A stretch of 64,000 nucleotides of DNA from NCBI RefSeq assembly GCF_020745735.1, contig NC_083412.1, positions 64,384,320 through 64,448,319 on the forward strand, given 5' to 3'. How positions within the stretch are numbered: the first letter of the stretch is position 1; each line of letters begins with the position of its first letter. Origin of the DNA: Hemiscyllium ocellatum (taxonomy: Eukaryota). A model generated the notes under the pieces. It had not been told where the DNA came from. It worked only from the letters and a program-made list of their open reading frames with translations, and ran no database searches. This document shows positions 52,403-64,000 of the stretch, in pieces. Made by a program: the position numbers and the translations under genes.

Positions 52403-53099
52403 GCTATATCAATTCATGCACAGTGATAGCAACACAGCTCTGCAGAAATACTTCGGGATGTGAAAGAAAAGGCAGAAATGAATAACATCTCTGTGGGTCA
52501 AGGGTCCAAAATGAGAAGACAGGATTTGTTGACTTCTCACAGTTCCTTCAATCCCCTGTCAACAAGATCTAATCATTGACAGTGGATGATGGAAGAGCTT
52601 CAGGCTAGATTTTAAATTCAGAGCAGAAACTATTTGGAACCATGGTATTTGAAACTTATATGTTTCACAAATACTTCAGTCTGGTAGTGTTACTGTGTCT
52701 GTTAGTGAGACAGAGAGAGCACTCTGGTTTCTGTGTGCAAGCCTCTTCAGCTGCCCATACCCAGGTCTGTGAAAACACACGGCAACTTCAGTCCGAGACT
52801 GTTGCTGGGCAACACACTGCACAGATCTTCATTTTTTTTCCAAGTTTGCACAGTGATTATTAGCCACAAAATCCACATCTTATCTCTTTTGAAAGTTTTA
52901 TGGACTCTTTTTGGAAAATGACTTCCTTTTCAAATAAACAACAAATAATCAATTATTACCTTCTAACCTCTTGGCTTTCCCCCACTCACCCAAGTAATCT
53001 CATGATAAACCCTCTTCAGCCCAGAAAAGACCAAATAGCTCCACACTCCACTCACTCATTGTCAATAAATATATATGTACAAATCTAGGGGAAGTGACA

Positions 53100-53415
53100 A
53101 CCTAGTAATGTTATCATTAGATTGTTAATCCAGGGATGCAGGTAATATTCTGGGGACTCAGGTTCAAATCCTGGGTGGAATTTGAATTTGAATTTAATAA
53201 AACATCTGGAATTAAATGTCTAATGGTGACCATGAATCCATTGTCAATTGTCAGAAAAACCCATCTGGTTCACTAATGTCCTTCAGAGACGGAAACTGTC
53301 ATCCTTACTTTGTCTGGTCTACACGTGACTCCAGACCCACAGTAATGTGGTTGACTCTTAACTGCTTTCTGGGCAAATAGGGATGAGTGGTAAATGCTGC
53401 CCTAGCCCATAAATG
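53100..53415 (+). mobile_element. Second shark SINE family
   Basis: B-box-like GGTTCAAATCC, shared core and 3' end. Confidence 0.7.
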
Positions 53416-53806
53416 AAGAAAACAAAATATATTGCTGTGAGGATATTGTGTGATCTGGAGGCGAACTTGGTAGTGATAGTGTTCTGAGGTATCTGCTGTT
53501 CCTCTCGGTTGTGAAATCATGGTTTAGGAAGTTGCTGTATTGCATCTTGTGGCTGCAATGCTGCCATCAGTGGTGGTTGTAATAAAAGGAGTCAGTGGTT
53601 AAGGAAGCAGGTACGGTGTGAATCAAGCAGCCTGCTTTGTCTTGGATGGTATTGATTTTCCTGAGTGTTACTGGATCTGTACTCCTCCAATGACTGGACA
53701 GTATTTCATCCCACTCCTGACGGGTGCCTTGTAGATAATAGATAGGAGTGGAGTTACTCGCTAAAGGATTCCCAGCCCATGACCTGCTCTTGCAACCACT
53801 GTGCTT

Positions 53807-54869
53807 TTTTTCTCAATCTGCGGTAGTGCTTATTTTTTCCCCAGCACCCATGGTGTGTGTGTGCAGTTGTGAGACACAGTGAGAGACACAAAGTGCACGA
53901 ATCTTTATTCAATTTCCACCACCAGGAAGAAAGGAAATACCCGAGTGGCCTGTGACAAGCAGTGCCCTTCACATCAAAGGGCAATGCTGTGTGATCAAAA
54001 CAGTGAAGGGGAGGACAGGGACTAAATCAAAATAGAGTTGGAGGGTGAAATGATGCACTCCACTCTCTGCGGCTCCCACCTCTCCCTGAACAACTCCAGG
54101 GCGTTGGTGGACACCGCATGCTCCCTCTCCAAGGACACCCGGGCTCTAACATAACCGTGGAAGAGGGGCAGGCAGTCGGCCCTCACGACCCCCTCCATGG
54201 CCCGCTGCCTGGACCTGTTTATGGCCAGTTTGGCCAGACCCAGGAGCAGACCCACGAGGAGGTCTTCAAACCTGCCCTCCCTCCTCCGTACCGGGTGCCC
54301 GAAGATCAGGAGCGTGGGACTGAAGAGCAACCAAAAGCAGAGGAGAAGTTTTTCAGAAAATCAAAGAGGGAGTGCAAACGCCCACACCCAATATACACAT
54401 GGTCCATGGACTCCACAGCACCACAGAACAAGCAGTTGGGCTGGGAGTCCGTGAACCACCGCAATCTACGGTTTCAGGGGACTGCTGCGTGCAGCACCCT
54501 CCACCCCAGATCCCCGAGAGAAAGGGGGAGGGCCCCGTGTAGAGAGCCCTCCACAGGGGATCCCCACCGCCCGGTGGCAAATGGGCATGCCAAGGCGTGT
54601 CCGGATGGTGGATGAGGGAGAAGAGGTGGACGGTGTGCAGCAGCAGTCTATACAGGGTCCGCTTTTTACGTCCTTGAAGGGGACAAAATTAAAATTTCGG
54701 AGGCGGCTCAGGTTGTGGGGCACTGGCTCCCGCGGGAAGTATGGGACCCTGGGGCCAATGTGAAATTCCGTCCGGGCTGGGGTGAGCGCGGACGGGATCC
54801 CACCGCACACCTGAGCGTCCTCTAACTTGTGCACCATGTTGGGTCCGAGCACCGCCGTTTTAAGGCGTG
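53807..54869 (-). mobile_element. Tx1-group (L1 clade) LINE, 5'-truncated, ORF2 C-terminus and 3' UTR
   Basis: Zinc knuckle CLFCGAVESMDHVYIGC (about 54384-54434), LLLGLAKLAINRSR...LELFRERW, AATAAA and poly(A). Probable TSD CCACTG(T/C)GCTT at 53796-53806 and 54870-54880. Confidence 0.85.
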
Positions 54870-55419
54870 CCACTGCGCTTATATAGCAGGTTCAGTTTCT
54901 GTTCATTGGATAGGTTAGGTTTCACTCCTCACTGAAGTTGACAGGAGTGACATTTTGATTGGTGGGAAAAGCAGGAATCAGGAGATGCAAGCCACTGGGG
55001 ATCTAAACAAAAAAAATTCTCATAATCTAGCTCACTGTCTGCCCTCCCAGATGGATGTAACATATCCCAAATCACTATTCATGGGGTTGCAGCAAGCTCT
55101 TCTCAAAATGTATTTTCTTTCTGCAGGTTTGAACTTGAGAACATTGATCATTGAGAAGATCAGCAAACACCTTTATGAACAAGCCATGGGCAGAATTTCA
55201 CATCCGCCCCATAGCAAGCTTTGTGCCAATAGGCATTTAATTTGGTAGAAGAATGCAGACTGGCACCTAACTGGACAGGCCTTCCACAGGAGACAACCCG
55301 GGGCTTTTTCCAGCTCGTCACAGCTGGCTGCCAAGAACCTATCACCTCAAGGAAATATTGGCCCATTGCAACAGTAATGTGCAATTTACACATAGGCACT
55401 TTAAATACAAAGTGTTTCA

Positions 55420-55720
55420 CAAAGTTGCTTCAACAGCATCTTTCCAGCCTTTAGCCATGACCATCTTGAAGGGCAAGGGCAGCAGATACATAAGAACAAC
55501 ACCACTTACAAGTTCCCCTCTCAGCCACTTATGATCCTGACTAGGAAACTCCTTCAGAGTCACTGGAACAAAATCCTGGAATTCTCTTCCAAACAGCCCT
55601 TGTGGGTGTACCTGCACCATGTGGAATGTAGTTCTCCTTAACTATGAAGGATAATTGGTGATGGGCAGTAAATACTGGTCCTGTCAGCAGCCTTCACATC
55701 CCAGAAATGATAAAATAATG
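55420..55720 (+). mobile_element. 3' end of a second CR1/L2-superfamily LINE
   Basis: 3' end resembles that of the second SINE family. Related pieces at about 28400-28620 (+) and 53430-53806 / 54870-54950 (-). Confidence 0.55.
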
Positions 55721-55789
55721 ATGCAATCATGAAAATGAACACCACACCAAAGGCGGAAACATGAAGCAAAGTAATGAAATGTGATATGA

Positions 55790-56330
55790 GCGCAGAGTGC
55801 CTTAGGGATTGAGTTGAAAGAATTGGGGAGGTCATGAGATTTTGGGAGTGAATCTCAGAAGACAGGACCAAGGTGGCTGAAGGCATGGCTGCCAATGTTG
55901 AGGTGAAGTGGGGAGGAAGCTGTGAGAATATTTGAACACTTTCAGATTTTCAGCATTGGCGGTTCTTTGTTTTTTAGAGGACATATGAGGACCGGATCTG
56001 AAGAATAGAGAATCCAGAGGAAGTGACAGAGTTAGGGAAGGGTAAGACCATGAATGGGTTTAAATAGGAAGATGAAACCTTTAAATATGAGGCTTTGGGG
56101 AACTGGGGTCTAGTGTCCATGGAGGATAGAATTAATGGGCCAGTGATTCCTGCATAATAGGATACAGGGGCATGAATGTACTGTAAATTTATAGGTAATA
56201 GGTGACATGATCTGGAGGTGATTTTAGCATGAACGAAGATTTCAGCAGCAGCTGGACTATTTCAAAGGCAAATGTGGATGAATTACAAAAATCCAAGGAC
56301 ATAAATACAGATTGTTCTGCTATCATGTGC
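55790..56330 (-). mobile_element. L2 LINE 3' region, decayed
   Basis: GGCTGAAGGCATGGCTGCCAATG...AGGCCATG-like L2 3' pattern (recalled). Confidence 0.5.
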
Positions 56331-56893
56331 ATTTCATTAATGCAAAGTCACTATAATGTGACTGATGAATTGGGGACAGTGTTTCTAAAGCGTGAACTTT
56401 CAAAACTATGGTGGCTGTAATGTGATTGTCTTGCCAACACTAATTGCTGTTTCTAAAGCATGATTTTTCTGTAATGCGGGCTTGCACAAACCACAACCAT
56501 CGTGTTATAGAAGAGCTACACTAATGTAAAAAAAAACAAGTAATAAGGGATTAACTGGTCCATCAGGCCTGACCCACATCATGATGAAGAACTTTTTCAG
56601 GTGCAATCCCATAACAAACACTTCTTCTTTTAACCTTAACTTAATCTATTTTGTATCTTATTACATACATTGTATTCCTCAAAGGTCACCAACACTATGA
56701 CTGTGACTAACATCTAATTAAATGAAGAATCATCACATTCACTAAATTAGCTTTAAACATTCAAGTAAAATGCACTGTATGCTTAAGAGAAAATACCTTG
56801 GAATATTTATTGAAGGATTCAGAAATAAGTTGATATTAGAAAAGACATTTGCAGCAGTGGCTGAGTAGGCTTTTTTGTTTGCCATTTTGACAG

Positions 56894-56997
56894 ATGCTGG
56901 CGTTATGAACCTGGATGACCCTAAGTTGTGTTATATTCTCGATGGAATTCTCTTTGTTTATGGGATTATAGTCACTGGTCTCTACCTTAAGCTGAGG
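56894..56997 (+). CDS. CD247: CD3 zeta chain, transmembrane exon (exon 2 equivalent): (D)[34 protein letters not shown]
   Basis: Acceptor ttttgacag| and donor |gtaagt; phase 1 to phase 0; 104 nt, the same length and phases as mammalian CD247 exon 2. About 20/34 residues match recalled human [34 protein letters not shown], including the dimer Cys and intramembrane Asp. FCER1G is the less likely alternative. Confidence 0.9.
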
Positions 56998-57842
56998 GTA
57001 AGTCATTTACTGTTATCTGCAATTGTTGAGCTTCAGAGGTACTATAAATTAAAGATTAGTTATAAATGAAGAACAGTACATAGGTCATTTTGTAGCATTA
57101 AATGTAATTTTTCTTAACATATAGATAATTAAGTAGCTGAACCTGTACAATCAATCAATATTATTCCAATGATACATGAACAGTTATAGTGGGCGCCACA
57201 ATGTAGACTTTGATGTATCAACATGCTGCAGCATTGAATGATACATTTCAGCATCCATGATTTCCCACTCCAGAAACTTCCTGATTTGGTTAAACAAAGG
57301 GGAACAGTCTTCAATTATTTTGCTAATGTTAAACGTGGTAATCTTACTTCAAATATTTTTACTATGGCTGTTTGCTTGAAGTGGAACAGTAAACTCCCCT
57401 GACCCCAACTCCTCCAATTGTATAGATATTTTAAACAATGTGGATGTGGCTGTAAACACATGAAGCATTATTGTTTTCATTAGATACATTTTTCATTTTC
57501 TGCTTTACTGCAGCTTGACTTAGTGGAGCTGACTTCTTTCTCCCCTGTGGGATCTGTGGCAATTATCAGCATAGAAAGCACATTTATTCAGATATTTCAG
57601 TGCTTCATCTCTTTTCCAAGCATTAAATTAATAAAGCCGCATAGAGGAAAATGACATTTTGTTTTCAAAAGAAAAAGTGAGACGGTTGTCCATTCATCTG
57701 CGGGAACATTTTGTTTCCTTCCTGATGCAGATCATAAAGTCAGACAAGCTCGCACAGCAGGAACATGTGATCAGTCAACAACAATTAGCATATTAATTTT
57801 ACCAGACTTCTGACTGAATTCTGCTACAGAACAGAAGTAGTA

Positions 57843-58233
57843 TCATAGAGTCATAGAGATGTACAGCATGGAAACAGACCCTTTGGTCCAACCTGTCCAC
57901 GCCGACCAGATATCCCAACCCAATCTAGTCCCACCTGCCAGCACCCGGCCCATATTCCTCCAAGCCCTTCCTATTCATATACCCATCCAAATGCCTCTTA
58001 AATGTTGCAATTGTACCAGCCTCCACCACATCCTCTGGCAGCTCATTCCATACACGTACCACCCTCTGCGTGAAAACGTTGCCCCTTAGGTCTCTTTTAT
58101 ATCTTTCCCCTCTCACCCTAAACCTATGCCCTCTAGGTCTGGACTCCCTGACCCCAGGTAAAAGACTTTGCTTATTTATCCTATCCATGCCCCTCATAAT
58201 TTTGTAAACCTCTATAAGGTCACCCCTCAGCCA
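57843..58233 (-). mobile_element. CR1 (HER1-type) 3' end in CD247 intron 2
   Basis: LRGDLIEVYKIMRG...VWNELPEDVVEAG; CATAGAGTCATAGAG tail. Confidence 0.92.
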
Positions 58234-58621
58234 GTTAAAGGAATATTTAGTCTTTCCTTCCAGATACATTTTCTTCCTTGTACATCTTAACATGGTATTT
58301 ATTTGCGATTTCTGCATTCACAAACAAATCGTTGGAGATTTTGGTCATTTTATGTTATATTTTTTCCACTGTACACAGCCTTGTGGGTGCAGGATATGTT
58401 GTGAATGGCCACTCCCTTTTCTTCTGCAGCCTTGATCTTATTGCTTTCAGGCCACTCCACTGGTCACATATGAATTGGTTTCTCATTACATAGCAAACAA
58501 ATTAGTTAGAAGTGTGAGAATGCTGCTGGTTATTTTAATGAGCAATATTAGGGAATGAAAGCAGGATTAATAAATTAAATTTATTTTGTGTAATATGTTC
58601 TTTATCATTTTGTTTTCAAAG

Positions 58622-58690
58622 CTGACCAAGGCAAAAGGTAAACATGAGGATATTCCTGCAAACCAACCAAATGTAGAAGACCAATATCAA
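58622..58690 (+). CDS. CD247: CD3 zeta chain exon 3 equivalent: LTKAKGKHEDIPANQPNVEDQYQ (ends in first half of ITAM1)
   Basis: Acceptor ttttgttttcaaag| and donor |gtaagt; 69 nt, phase 0/0, in frame with the TM exon. Ends Y-x like human exon 3 (..NQLYN|). Confidence 0.85.
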
Positions 58691-59519
58691 GTAAGTAATG
58701 GTTTACATTTCCTTGAAATTGGTTACTCTTTGTATATCGCAGTTGACAATAACATCCTGATTTGGGTCAGGTTAATAAAATAGGTAACACAGCAACAATT
58801 ATTGCAAGTGTAGTTTGTCACCGCTACTGAAGGTCATAAGGCCTAAGTGGACTGAAATTCGCACTTTGCACTGAGGCGGGTGAGTTAACCTGTCAGTGAC
58901 AAACCACTACTGTAAATTGTACTCACTACTTGAAATATAGCTGTAAGTGAAAGCAGGATAATACGTATTCACATGCATGATTTGTAATAGTTATTGCTGA
59001 AAATTAATTGGAAGAAAAGTAACACAAATGTTGACAAGTGCATATCCATATTCTTTGAACAAGCTTGAAATGGTTCAGGATTTGTTCTTATTTTCTGTTT
59101 CCCAATAAAGATTACTTCACCAATTCCCAACCATTGTTGTACAAACCTTTATTGTTTCAAAATGACTGAAGTGTTTTGTCAATGAACGAAGTAATAACAA
59201 AGCGAAACTGCCTTTTTCATCATGTGAGTTGTGTAATTGTTCACCACTATTCACAACTAGATGTTCAATACTGTAGAACATGTATCTAATATGATGGTTA
59301 TGGATCACTTGGGTCTATCTTTCATTTGCTGCTCCTGTGGTTTGACATGCAAGTCATTCTATGTTGTAGCTTCATCAGGTTGATAGCTCCTTTGTAGGTA
59401 TTCCCTGTGCTTCTCTTGGCATGCTGTCCTGGTTTGATCCTTTGGATCGTTGGTAGTGCTACAGTCTGTGACTGAATACAAGCTGCTGCTGTTAGTGACC
59501 CAAAATGCTTCATAGTTGC

Positions 59520-60570
59520 CTGATTTTGAGTTGCAACACCACTTTCAAGTTGACCCCATTTAGCATAAGATGATGGAAGGTATCCTCAATATGAAGACAG
59601 GACTGCATTTCCACAAGGAGCAATGATCACTCTTCCTGATATTGTCATGGACTGATATGTATACAACAGGTGAGGTCGCGATCAAGTATTTTTCCTCTTG
59701 TTGGTTCCCTCACCATCTACCACATACCCAGCCTAGCAGTTATGTCCTTTAGGAGTGGGCCAGCTTGTTCAGTATTGGTGCTACTAAGTTACTCTTGGTA
59801 ATGGACACTGAAGCCACCTACCCAGAGTATATTCTATGCCCTTGCCATCCTCAATGTTTCTTCCAAGTGTCGTTCAACACAGAGCTATACCAATTCATCA
59901 GCTGGGGAGTGAGGAGGTTATAGATGATGATCAACAGGAGGTTCCCTTTCCAATGTTTGACTTGATATCATACGATGTTATGAGATCTGAAATCAATGTT
60001 GAGGACATCCAGGACATCTCCCCTGTCACGGGATAAAACTGTCCTGCTGTTTGGACAACACACACCTAGGTAATGGTGTTGCCTAAGGAATATTTTGATA
60101 AGGTATAATTTCCTGATTATGACTGTCAGGCTGTTGCTTGACTAATCTATGGGACAGCTCTTTCAATATTGACACAAGTCCCTAAATGTTAGTTAGGAAC
60201 ACTTTGCCATTGTTATTTCCAGTATCTATATTGACACTGGATTGTCCTTCAGTTTAACTAATTTTAGACTTCATAGAGGTTTATTACAATGGAATGTCTC
60301 ATCAGGCCAATTCAGGATGAATTACTTGTTTAGAGATGTGATCACCATGGTACATCTTCCCCACGCAATAATATTGGAAAACCCCTAGGCAGATCAGAGA
60401 TGATCAAATGTCATGTGTTTGGAAGGAATTAAGTGCTATCAAGCACAACAACAATCTGCTCATTGACAGTCAGCTTGGATTCTGCCAGGACCATGCAGTT
60501 TGTAATATATCGCAAAGAGAGACAAAGGAGTTGAACTCCAGAAGGAATGCTAAGGCGACTGCCACAGACA
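59520..60570. mobile_element. Decayed LINE: endonuclease part (-) joined to RT-start part (+)
   Basis: Minus LKDITARLG..VREPTRGK-like; plus 60330-60570 AIKH..NNLL.D.Q.GF.QDH-like. Confidence 0.55.
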
Positions 60571-61149
60571 GCAATTAACTGTTGATTGACAAACATCTAA
60601 ATCTGTCCTTCTCAATTCACTATAACAGTAATCTTCATAGCTTTAAAACATTCTGTTGAATCTCCACCTCTCCAAAATGTGTTCTGATATAGGGGAGCAT
60701 CTTCCACACTTATGATGTACCTGTTTCCCACTGGAGCTGTTCTGAGTCATACAAGTATTAATCAGTGTTAACTGAAGTAATTCTGTGATTTGGACTTGTA
60801 TCCACTAAATGACTTGTGGCTGACCAAACTGATTTCACTTCCTTTTGGTTAGCTGGATGGCTGATGTAGGTTTCTGTATTATCACTTAATAGTGTCCAAG
60901 CCAATTTGTTGACAAGTTCATTCAGTTCTAACCTGTCATGGCGATCTGAATCACATTGGAGACAATCCAACCGTGAAGAGTCTCTGACCTGACTGTTAAC
61001 GTGGAAAGTAGTTACATAGTGGACAAGACGCTGCTAGATACGTAGGTTCTACTCTCAAGTGGCATCTTGAACAGTATCTTGAACAGTACCTTGTACATAT
61101 GGAGTGTGTCCATTCATCGGTTCATTGGCACAGAGCATTCCCATTGAAT

Positions 61150-61454
61150 GGGTGTCACGGTGGCACAGTGGTTAGCACTGCTGCCTCACAGCACCTGAGA
61201 CCCGGGTTCAATTCCCGACTCAGGCGACTGACTGTGTGGAGTTTGCACGTTCTCCCCGTGTCTGTGTGGGTTTCCTCCGGGTGCTCCGGTTTCCTCCCAC
61301 AGTCCAAAGATGTGCGGGTCAGGTGAATTGGCCATGCTAAATTGTCCATAGTGTTAGGTAAATGTAGGGGTATGGGTGGGTTGCGCTTCGGCGGGTCGGT
61401 GTGGACTTGTTGGGCCGAAGGGCCTGTTTCCACACTGTAAGTAATCTAATCTAA
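61150..61454 (+). mobile_element. HE1 V-SINE, full length
   Basis: Head, V-domain, TAATCTAATCTAA tail. Confidence 0.9.
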
Positions 61455-62250
61455 AAAAAAAGAATGCTGGTTCTGACAGGTAAATATCAGGAGCTGAGAT
61501 AGTAACTGAAATCTCTGTACAATCCCTCAGTATTTGAGCAAACATCTTCATTTTAAGCCCTGGGTAAAACCAGCCAGGAAGATTGTCTCAATCATCTGTG
61601 TTTCTGACATGTGCTGCATATTGGTAAATGAACACCAATAGATCAATTCTTTTGTAGCAGTTATACTCTAGGGTCTCTGTTCAGAATAGAGACTATGAAA
61701 TAAATGTTTCTTTTACCTTTCTTTATCATACAATATAACAGGATAGTTGGTGATCAGGAGATAAAATACTAAGGTAAAGCATTTTTTCGTATTACGCAAT
61801 AATCAACACATTTTATGCATACAGCACCTTTAAATAAGTAAAACATCCTGATGGTTCACAGGTGTGGGAATCCTATCATGGGCATTACATATTCAAAGTT
61901 TTAACGTTCGTGTCAGAGTGTTCTGCCTGATTAAAATTTACTTAGAGATAGTTTAAGTCTTTAAGGATTCTTCTATCACTGGGAAACAATGGGAATTTAA
62001 CCTCAAAACCTTGGGGATGTCAGGAGAGATCGCCTGTTGTATTCCTGCTGTGGAAGCGGGCTCTGGAAAGATATGGTTTCACCGTGGTTGGTACACAGGA
62101 GCTTGTCCCTCGCTGGTTGAGTCAGGAGGATTTTTACCATTCCCTGTCTGCCCACCTGGCACCTGTGTTGGAGCTTCAGAAACCACTTGTTGCTGTGGTG
62201 GCACTCTGCTGGGTACAGCTGGCGTTGTCATTCACATCAATTGTCAGCTC

Positions 62251-62952
62251 GGCCTTGGAGTGCAGGTTCATAGCTTCTTGAAAGTGGAGTTGCAGATAGA
62301 TAGGATAATGGAGAAGGTGTTTGGTACGCTTTCCTTTATTGGTCAGAGCTTTGAGGATAGGAGTTGGGAGGTCATGTTGCGGCTGTACACAACATTAGTT
62401 AGGCCACTTTTGGAATATTGCATGCAATTCTGGTCTCCTTCCTATCAGAAGGATGTTGTGAAACTTGAAAGGGTTCAGAAAAGATTTCCAAGGATGTTGC
62501 CAGGGTTGGAGGATTTGAGCTATAGGGAGAGGTTGAATAGACTGGGGCTGTTTTCCCTAGAGCATTGGAGGCTGAGGGGTGACCTTATAGAGGTTTATAA
62601 AATTATGAGGGACATGTAAATAAACAAAATCTTTTCTCTAGGGTGGGGGAGTCCAGAACTAGAGGGCATAGGTCTATGGTGAGAAGGGAAAGATATAAAA
62701 GAGACCTAAGGGGCAACTTTTTCATGCAGAAGGTAGTGCATGTATGGAAAGAACTGCCAGAGGAAGTGGTGGAGGCTGGTACAATTCCAACATTTAAAAG
62801 GCATCTGGATAGGTATATGAATAGGAAGGGGTTAGAGGGATTGGGGCCAAGTGCTGGAAAATGGGACTAGATTAGGTTGGGATATCTGGTCAGCATGGAC
62901 GAGTTGGACTAAAGGGTCTGTTTCCGTGCTGTACATCTCCATAACTCTATGA
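62251..62952 (+). mobile_element. CR1 (HER1-type) 3' 700 bp
   Basis: LVRPLLEYCMQFWSPSY...LRGDLIEVYKIM, 3' UTR and tail. Confidence 0.93.
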
Positions 62953-62974
62953 CTTAATGGTGCTGAGGACCTCT

Positions 62975-63675
62975 ATGTTTCTGTTAACCTCAACGGTGTT
63001 GAGGTGCAGATGGTCAAGAGCATCAAGCCTGTGGGAGAAATGATCACTGATAATCTGTCCTGGTCCACACAGGTTGATATGATGGTCAAGAAAGCACACT
63101 AACATCTCTGTAGCCTTAGGAGGCTAAGGAAATTCAGCATGTCTGGAAAAACTCTGATTAATGTTTATAGATGCACCATAGAAAGTATCCTACTCAGATG
63201 CATCATAGTGTGGTATGGCAGATACTCTACCCAAGACTGCAAGAAACCACAAGAGTTGTGAACACATCCCAGACCACCACGCAAAGCCACCTTCCATTCA
63301 CTGATTCCATCTGGAGTTCCTGCTGACTCAGGAAAGAAACCAACATAATCAAAGACTCCTCCCACCTTGGTTATACTACCTTCCTCTCTCTTCTGTTTGG
63401 CAAACGATATAAAAGTTTGAATACACCTATGAACAGATTCAAGAACAGTTTCTTCCCCACTGTTATCAGACTATTGAATATTAATAGTCTTAAATATTAA
63501 TTCTGATCTCTCGCTCTCTCTCTCTCTCTGTGTACCTTCATTGTGGCTGTAACACTGTAGTCTGCATTCTGTTTTGCTACACTGATGCACTTTGCATGGT
63601 ACGACCTGCCTGAATAGTACGCAAAACAACACGTTTCACTCTATCTCAGTACATGTGACAACACTAAATCAAACA
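62975..63675 (+). mobile_element. Rex1/Babar LINE 3' part, decayed
   Basis: LSWSTQVDMMVKKAH..L..LRRLRKF...YRCTIESIL..CIIVWYG. Confidence 0.8.
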
Positions 63676-63714
63676 TTTATTGATTTGAGCACCTTGCAGG
63701 CTATTTCCCCATAT

Positions 63715-63960
63715 TGCATGCCTTTGAGGATGTGGCCATCTTCCATTCTGCACATATGCCCAAGCTAGTGAAACCATCTTGATCAGTGCCAGTGTGTTTG
63801 GCAGGCTTGCCCTAGTTAGACTGCTTCATTGGTAATTTGTGTTTCTATGAGTGCCAGGATGTCATGTAGATATCAAAGTTGGAGAATATTGAGATTGTCC
63901 TTTTGATAGGTCTAGATTATCCAGGCTTTCCAGCTGCACACCAATGTGCTGAGGATATAG
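63715..63960 (-). mobile_element. RTE-clade LINE fragment
   Basis: Minus LTRASLPNTLALIK...LGHMCRMEDGHILK (frameshifted), like the RTE LRWLGHV.RM.D.RIPK motif. Confidence 0.65.
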
Positions 63961-64000
63961 GACTTGTAGTTAAATATCAGAATGTTCTCACGGGGGAGGG

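Noticed and set aside
22655-54880. Target-site specificity of the Tx1 element
   Set aside because: The two TSDs (TCTGCTCCAGTTGTA, CCACTGTGCTT) share no motif and are not in snRNA, tRNA or microsatellite targets.
61640-61700. Possible CD247 exon 4 (ag|QLYSRVSVQNRDYEIN)
   Set aside because: The second YxxL/I is missing and there is no credible donor.
62099-62146. Possible CD247 exon 4 (ag|ELVPRWLSQEDFYHSL, giving YQEL-x10-YHSL)
   Set aside because: Poor polypyrimidine tract, ITAM spacer of 10 rather than 6-8, and no good donor downstream.
1-64000. tRNA genes, CRISPR arrays or prokaryotic/viral systems
   Set aside because: tRNA-like boxes occur only as SINE heads; there are no repeat-spacer arrays or gene-dense operons.

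Overview
This is eukaryotic, AT-rich, repeat-dense genomic DNA from a cartilaginous fish. The inference rests on HE1-type V-SINEs, HER1-type CR1 LINEs and SacSINE1-like Deu-SINEs; an orectolobiform (bamboo-type) shark is my guess. The only host gene I can support is CD247 (CD3 zeta) on the + strand: a 104-nt transmembrane exon (56894-56997) and a 69-nt exon ending in the first ITAM tyrosine (58622-58690). I could not place exon 1 or the exons after exon 3 with confidence, so much of the window may be CD247 intron 1 or intergenic DNA. The rest is layered transposon debris: CR1, L2, Rex1/Babar, RTE and Tx1 LINEs, Penelope-like elements with hammerhead-like motifs, a fossil Harbinger transposase and three SINE families. 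The most unusual signal is a set of local inverted duplications, led by a 1,054-bp near-perfect palindrome (515-bp arms, 2 mismatches) that turns around on a hairpin intrinsic to the young HE1 SINE. I found no CRISPR arrays, rRNA or tRNA genes, and no complete novel protein system. Boundaries of decayed repeats are approximate; family names come from recalled consensus features, not a database search.
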